NCBI GenBank assembly: GCA_964425075.1
Contig: CAYRKM010000001.1
Coordinates: 106,137 to 170,136, forward strand
Origin: an uncultured Gammaproteobacteria bacterium
Lineage (GTDB): Bacteria > Patescibacteriota > Microgenomatia > Levybacterales > GWA1-39-11
Length of the DNA: 64,000 bases
Direction of reading: 5' to 3'
Below are positions 59,909 through 64,000 of this stretch, in pieces (the stretch's first letter is position 1; each line of letters starts with the position of its first letter). Made by a program: the position numbers and the translations under genes. A model generated the notes under the pieces. It was not told the DNA's origin. It saw only the letters and a program-made list of their open reading frames with translations, and ran no database searches.

Positions 59909-60514
59909 ATGGAAACAGAAAACCCACAACAACCAACATCTACGCCACAGCCCTCTAATCCCACCCCAGTAGCACCAAATCCAGCAAAGAATTCTAGTAA
60001 AATTATAATTATTCTTCTATTTGTTATTATCACACTGCTTTTGGGCGTAATTGGCTATTTTTATTTCATGAATAACACCAAAGAAACAGCCACAACAACT
60101 CCTACCCCAACAGTAACTCAGGCCATTGCAACTCCTTCTCCCTCTATTTCCCCTACTCAAGCTATAAATATTGATGAAAATACACAGGCTGCAATTGAAA
60201 GCAAAAATTATGCTGCTCTTGAAGGATACATGACTCCTTCAGTAAGTGTTCTTCTATATGCTTCTGAATGTTGTGGTCCCCAAACACCAACGCAAGCATT
60301 AGCCCAGCTTGACTACTTTAATGAAGCAAAAGCACCATGGAATTGGAACCAGGAAAGCGAAACAATAAAACAAATCAAAGCTGAGCACCCTACAACTTTT
60401 GGTAAAGGTACTATTGGTATAGCTGACAACGAATATACAGTGTCATACGAAGTTGTGAATGGGAAAATTAACGCTCTTTATATCTCTGCAAGCTACAAGC
60501 TACTTATTCCCTAA
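59909..60514 (+). CDS. Membrane-anchored hypothetical protein
   Basis: Pro-rich N-terminus, TM, PT linker, ASECCG; promoter TTGCAA-18-TAGAAT-6-ATG. Confidence 0.8.
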   Translation: METENPQQPTSTPQPSNPTPVAPNPAKNSSKIIIILLFVIITLLLGVIGYFYFMNNTKETATTTPTPTVTQAIATPSPSISPTQAINIDENTQAAIESKNYAALEGYMTPSVSVLLYASECCGPQTPTQALAQLDYFNEAKAPWNWNQESETIKQIKAEHPTTFGKGTIGIADNEYTVSYEVVNGKINALYISASYKLLIP

Positions 60515-60672
60515 CGTCCGTCTCGAGGAATTCTTCTCATTGAACGCCTAATAATATGTTGCTGCACCTTGGATAAACCCTGCTCTCAGAGGCAAAAACA
60601 AGGCGCAATACGCAATTTAGAAAGTTTTTTTATCATCTGGTATGATACTATAACTACTAATAAAACAGCTCA

Positions 60673-61278
60673 ATGGAACATTTGCTCTTAGGAATCATCG
60701 TTCTTCTTTTCTCAGCTATACTGCATGAAATTGCACATGGCTATGTTGCCGATAGGCTCGGCGACCCAACTGCTCGCCATGCAGGACGACTAACCCTAAA
60801 TCCTATTCCTCACATTGACCCAATTATGAGTATCGCAGTCCCTGCAATTCTCATTATTTCAGGCTCACCAATCATATTCGGAGCGGCAAAACCGGTACCG
60901 GTTAATCCGATTATGCTAAAGGAAGGAAGAAAAGATCTTGCGCTTGTAGCTCTTGCAGGGCCATTAACTAATATACTACTAGCTCTTTTAGCTTCAGGGA
61001 TTTTAAAAGCATTCTCACTTGACTCAACTATAACTACATTTTTAGCGTTGGTAGTTTTTTATAATTTAGCTTTAGGATTTCTTAACTTAATCCCTATCCC
61101 CCCACTTGATGGTTCTAAGTTTTTCTCCATTATTCTACCTGAAAGAATTGCTCAGCAATACTTCATGCTTGCCCCATTTGGTATTTTTATTCTATTTTTC
61201 CTTCTTCTTACCTCCCCACTTGGAGATATTCTTTCCTCATTGATATTTAACACTATTACCCTTCTGGGATTAAGATAA
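60673..61278 (+). CDS. Site-2 protease (M50) family metalloprotease
   Basis: HEIAH, AGPLTN and NLIPIPPLDG. Confidence 0.95.
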   Translation: MEHLLLGIIVLLFSAILHEIAHGYVADRLGDPTARHAGRLTLNPIPHIDPIMSIAVPAILIISGSPIIFGAAKPVPVNPIMLKEGRKDLALVALAGPLTNILLALLASGILKAFSLDSTITTFLALVVFYNLALGFLNLIPIPPLDGSKFFSIILPERIAQQYFMLAPFGIFILFFLLLTSPLGDILSSLIFNTITLLGLR

Positions 61279-61304
61279 GAACTTCTATAATTCTGAATGA
61301 TTAA

Positions 61305-61489
61305 TTTCGCCATTTTGTACCGAACATATGAACCAGTAAGCGAATGAGGGATTCTGAGCTTTGTGAAGAAGAAAGATGTAAAGGCTGAACGAAGTGAACT
61401 GCCGAATCTTTCAGCGAATGAGCGAAACCGGTGAATACGTGAGGAACAATTGACGAGAGGCTTTGCTACTTTCGCCGGTACGAAAGTAG
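61305..61489 (+). repeat. Dispersed long-hairpin element, copy B
   Basis: Homologous ends with 6558-6748; terminal CTACTTTCG..CGAAAGTAG hairpin. Confidence 0.7.
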
Positions 61490-61564
61490 AAAGAGAAAAC
61501 CTGCTGTTGAATTTTAGTTCTCTAAACTCTAGTTTCCAGCCTCAAGCTAGTGTATACTAGTTCT

Positions 61565-62806
61565 ATGAAAATCAAAGATATTAAAGCTTTAGAAATCCTT
61601 GATTCCCGCGGCAATCCAACTATTCGCACATTCGTAACTCTAGAGGACGGCTCTATTCACTCCGCCTCTGTGCCATCTGGCGCTTCAACTGGTAGCCATG
61701 AAGCAACAGAACTTAGAGATGGAGATAAATCTCGATATATGGGAAAAGGGGTTATGAAGGCAGTTGAGAATGTGAATACGGTTATTAAAAATGCTCTTGT
61801 TGGAATGACTGCTGATCCTACTACTATCGACTCGAAACTTCTCGAACTTGATGGGACCCCAAATAAAACCAGTCTAGGAGCCAACTCTATCCTTTCAGTA
61901 AGCATGGCTGTAGTCAGGGCTGCAGCTCACTCTAAAAAACAGCCTCTCTGGAAATTTATGAATGATTATTTCTTTGAAGGTAAATCTGCTGGTTTTCCTC
62001 GATTATTAGTAAATATTATTAACGGCGGCAAACATGCTTCCTGGAATTTTGACATTCAGGAATTTATGATAGTACCAAATGCAACACAACCCTCTGAGGC
62101 TATAAGAGTTGCTTCTGAAATTTTTCATTCTTTAGAAAATCTTTTAAAAGAAAAAGGGTTTTCCACTCTTTTGGGTGATGAAGGGGGTTATTCTCCAAAT
62201 TTAGGCTCAAATGAGGATGTTTTGGACAATATAATTGAAGCCGCAAAGAAAGCCGGATACGAAAATGTAAAAGACTATCGTCTCTCTCTGGATGTTGCCT
62301 CCACTGAATTTTACAAAGACGGAAAATATGAATTTAAAAAGCAAAACAAATGGCTTACTCCAGAAGAATTAACGCAATACTACTCGGAAATTGGCCAGAA
62401 ATACTTCATTCTATCTTTTGAGGATGCTTTTGCTGAAGATGATTGGGAATCTTGGAAAAACTTTTCTGATATGGCAGACCGTTTCCAATTCATTACAATC
62501 GGGGACGACCTTTTTGTGACAAACCCTGAACGTATTAAGCGTGGGATTGATGAAAAAGCAGCTAACGCAGTGCTTATTAAGCCAAACCAAATTGGTACTA
62601 TTAAAGAAACCGTTGAGGCAATAAATATGACACATAAGGCCGGATGGAAAACAGCTATCTCGCACCGCTCAGGTGAAACAGAAGACTCATTTATCGCAGA
62701 CCTTGCCTATGCTTGTGGCAGTGAATTTATTAAAACGGGCAGCATGGCCCGATCCGAACGCCTTTCAAAATATAATAGATTGCTAGAGATTGAACACAAT
62801 CTCTAA
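61565..62806 (+). CDS. eno: Enolase
   Basis: EILDSRGNPT, VPSGASTG, GDEGG, KPNQIG and SHRSGETED. Confidence 0.98.
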   Translation: MKIKDIKALEILDSRGNPTIRTFVTLEDGSIHSASVPSGASTGSHEATELRDGDKSRYMGKGVMKAVENVNTVIKNALVGMTADPTTIDSKLLELDGTPNKTSLGANSILSVSMAVVRAAAHSKKQPLWKFMNDYFFEGKSAGFPRLLVNIINGGKHASWNFDIQEFMIVPNATQPSEAIRVASEIFHSLENLLKEKGFSTLLGDEGGYSPNLGSNEDVLDNIIEAAKKAGYENVKDYRLSLDVASTEFYKDGKYEFKKQNKWLTPEELTQYYSEIGQKYFILSFEDAFAEDDWESWKNFSDMADRFQFITIGDDLFVTNPERIKRGIDEKAANAVLIKPNQIGTIKETVEAINMTHKAGWKTAISHRSGETEDSFIADLAYACGSEFIKTGSMARSERLSKYNRLLEIEHNL

Positions 62807-62904
62807 ATTACTAATTGAACTAATTTCTAATTTCTAAAAAATTAGAGAGTTAGGATTTGATTAGATTAATTAGGTTAATTAGAATAATTAGAAATTAATT
62901 TAAT

Positions 62905-63534
62905 ATGGCAACACTAGTTTTAGTCAGACATGGAAAAAGTGAATGGAATGAATTGAATCTTTGGACTGGCTGGCGAGATATTCCGCTTGCTCAAAGCGGT
63001 TATGAGGAAGCAAAAGTAACAGGCGAACAGCTTAAAGACATTCACTTTGACTTTGCTTATACCTCTGCTCTTTCTCGTGCTCAGCAAACATTGGATGAGA
63101 TACTAAAAGTAATTGACCAAAATCCTCCAATTATTCGCGATAAAGCTCTTGATGAGCGTGATTATGGTGACTACACCGAAAAGAACAAGTGGGATATCAA
63201 AAGAGAAGTTGGTGAGGAAGAGTTCCAGAAAATACGAAGAAGCTGGGATTACCCTCCTCCAAACGGTGAAAGTCTGAAAATGGTATACGAGCGGGTTTTA
63301 CCCTATTATGAATCTGAGATTCTTCCAAAGCTTAAAGAGGGAAAAAATATATTAGTCTCTGCTCATGGCAATAGCCTTCGTGCTCTTGTTAAATACCTTG
63401 AAAATATTTCAGATGAGAACATTGCTCTTCTTGAAATTGGTACAGGCGAGGCGTACGTGTATCAAATTGATGAAAATGGGAATATAACAAATAAAGAAGT
63501 GAGAGGAAATAACCCCAATACTGGCAAAAAGTAA
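62905..63534 (+). CDS. gpmA: 2,3-bisphosphoglycerate-dependent phosphoglycerate mutase
   Basis: RHGKSEWN..WTGW, ERDYG, PPNGESL and AHGNSLR. Confidence 0.93.
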   Translation: MATLVLVRHGKSEWNELNLWTGWRDIPLAQSGYEEAKVTGEQLKDIHFDFAYTSALSRAQQTLDEILKVIDQNPPIIRDKALDERDYGDYTEKNKWDIKREVGEEEFQKIRRSWDYPPPNGESLKMVYERVLPYYESEILPKLKEGKNILVSAHGNSLRALVKYLENISDENIALLEIGTGEAYVYQIDENGNITNKEVRGNNPNTGKK

Positions 63535-63535
63535 C

Positions 63536-64000
63536 CTATCTTGATTGATCCGATGTCTTTGGTAAAGGCTTGTAAGTCAACCCTGACACATAAACATCAA
63601 TAGGCTTTCCATTCTCCATTCCTTGCATTTTAAGCCACGTACTTAATTCTAGTCCATCTACTGCGCTTTCCCCACCCACATGACCACCATATACTACAAT
63701 TCCTTTTACCTTTTTCGGGTCTATATTAACATCCTTAAGCTCTTTTCTTTCCCCGCCCTGAGAAGGTTCAGTTCTAACAAATATCGGCATTTCGTTTCCT
63801 TTGGAATCTATAACCGGAATTAACTCTGCTTCTATTATTTCCCCATCATTAATTGGCTTTCCCATAAGAGACCTTTCTTTCCATCCTTCCTGCGCTTCCT
63901 CTGAAAAGAGTGCATCTTTAACTGTTTCTGCGGCATCTTCACCAGCATCTTTAATTTTACCTGCAACTCCCTCTGCAGCATCATTTATGCCTCCTGCTAC
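63536..64000 (-). CDS. 5'-partial hypothetical protein
   Basis: The frame of ORF 63536..63865 is open to the window end (VAGGINDAAEGVAGKIKDAG...). Confidence 0.65.
   Translation of the reverse strand, partial: VAGGINDAAEGVAGKIKDAGEDAAETVKDALFSEEAQEGWKERSLMGKPINDGEIIEAELIPVIDSKGNEMPIFVRTEPSQGGERKELKDVNIDPKKVKGIVVYGGHVGGESAVDGLELSTWLKMQGMENGKPIDVYVSGLTYKPLPKTSDQSR

Noticed and set aside
1-64000. tRNA, rRNA, tmRNA or RNase P genes
   Set aside because: No cloverleaf or conserved signatures were recognised by eye; tRNAscan-SE/cmscan would be needed to exclude them.

Overview
AT-rich bacterial chromosome segment. Gene content (split comEC, WxL-like/DUF916-like surface gene pairs, a giant fibre protein, lower glycolysis, short rpsA, many apparently leaderless genes) points to Patescibacteria/CPR, probably Microgenomates; this is inference only. 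Housekeeping genes: leuS, rho, radA, rpsA, pyk, eno, gpmA, comEA/comEC, a two-component cluster, glycosyltransferases, an M23 peptidase and a site-2 protease. No rRNA, tRNA or CRISPR was recognised. Main finding: a 2987-aa protein (20614-29577) that fuses two tandem tyrosine-recombinase core-binding (SAM-like) domains with no catalytic domain, via one TM helix, to a ~2600-aa repetitive tail-fibre-like ectodomain. It lies downstream of a WxL-like/DUF916-like pair and a promoter region with repeated TTTCACAC boxes, and is followed by an inverted-repeat-flanked four-helix-bundle gene. Other highlights: a type III hammerhead ribozyme whose stem III covers the putative RBS of a GT4 gene (47999-48047); a ~400-nt structured non-coding region (46777-47181); an alpha/beta-hydrolase inserted in LeuRS; an exact 25-bp palindrome-containing site repeated 35.3 kb apart; four GC-rich islets; and several families of dispersed hairpin repeats. 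All family assignments come from motif recognition by eye, with no database search.
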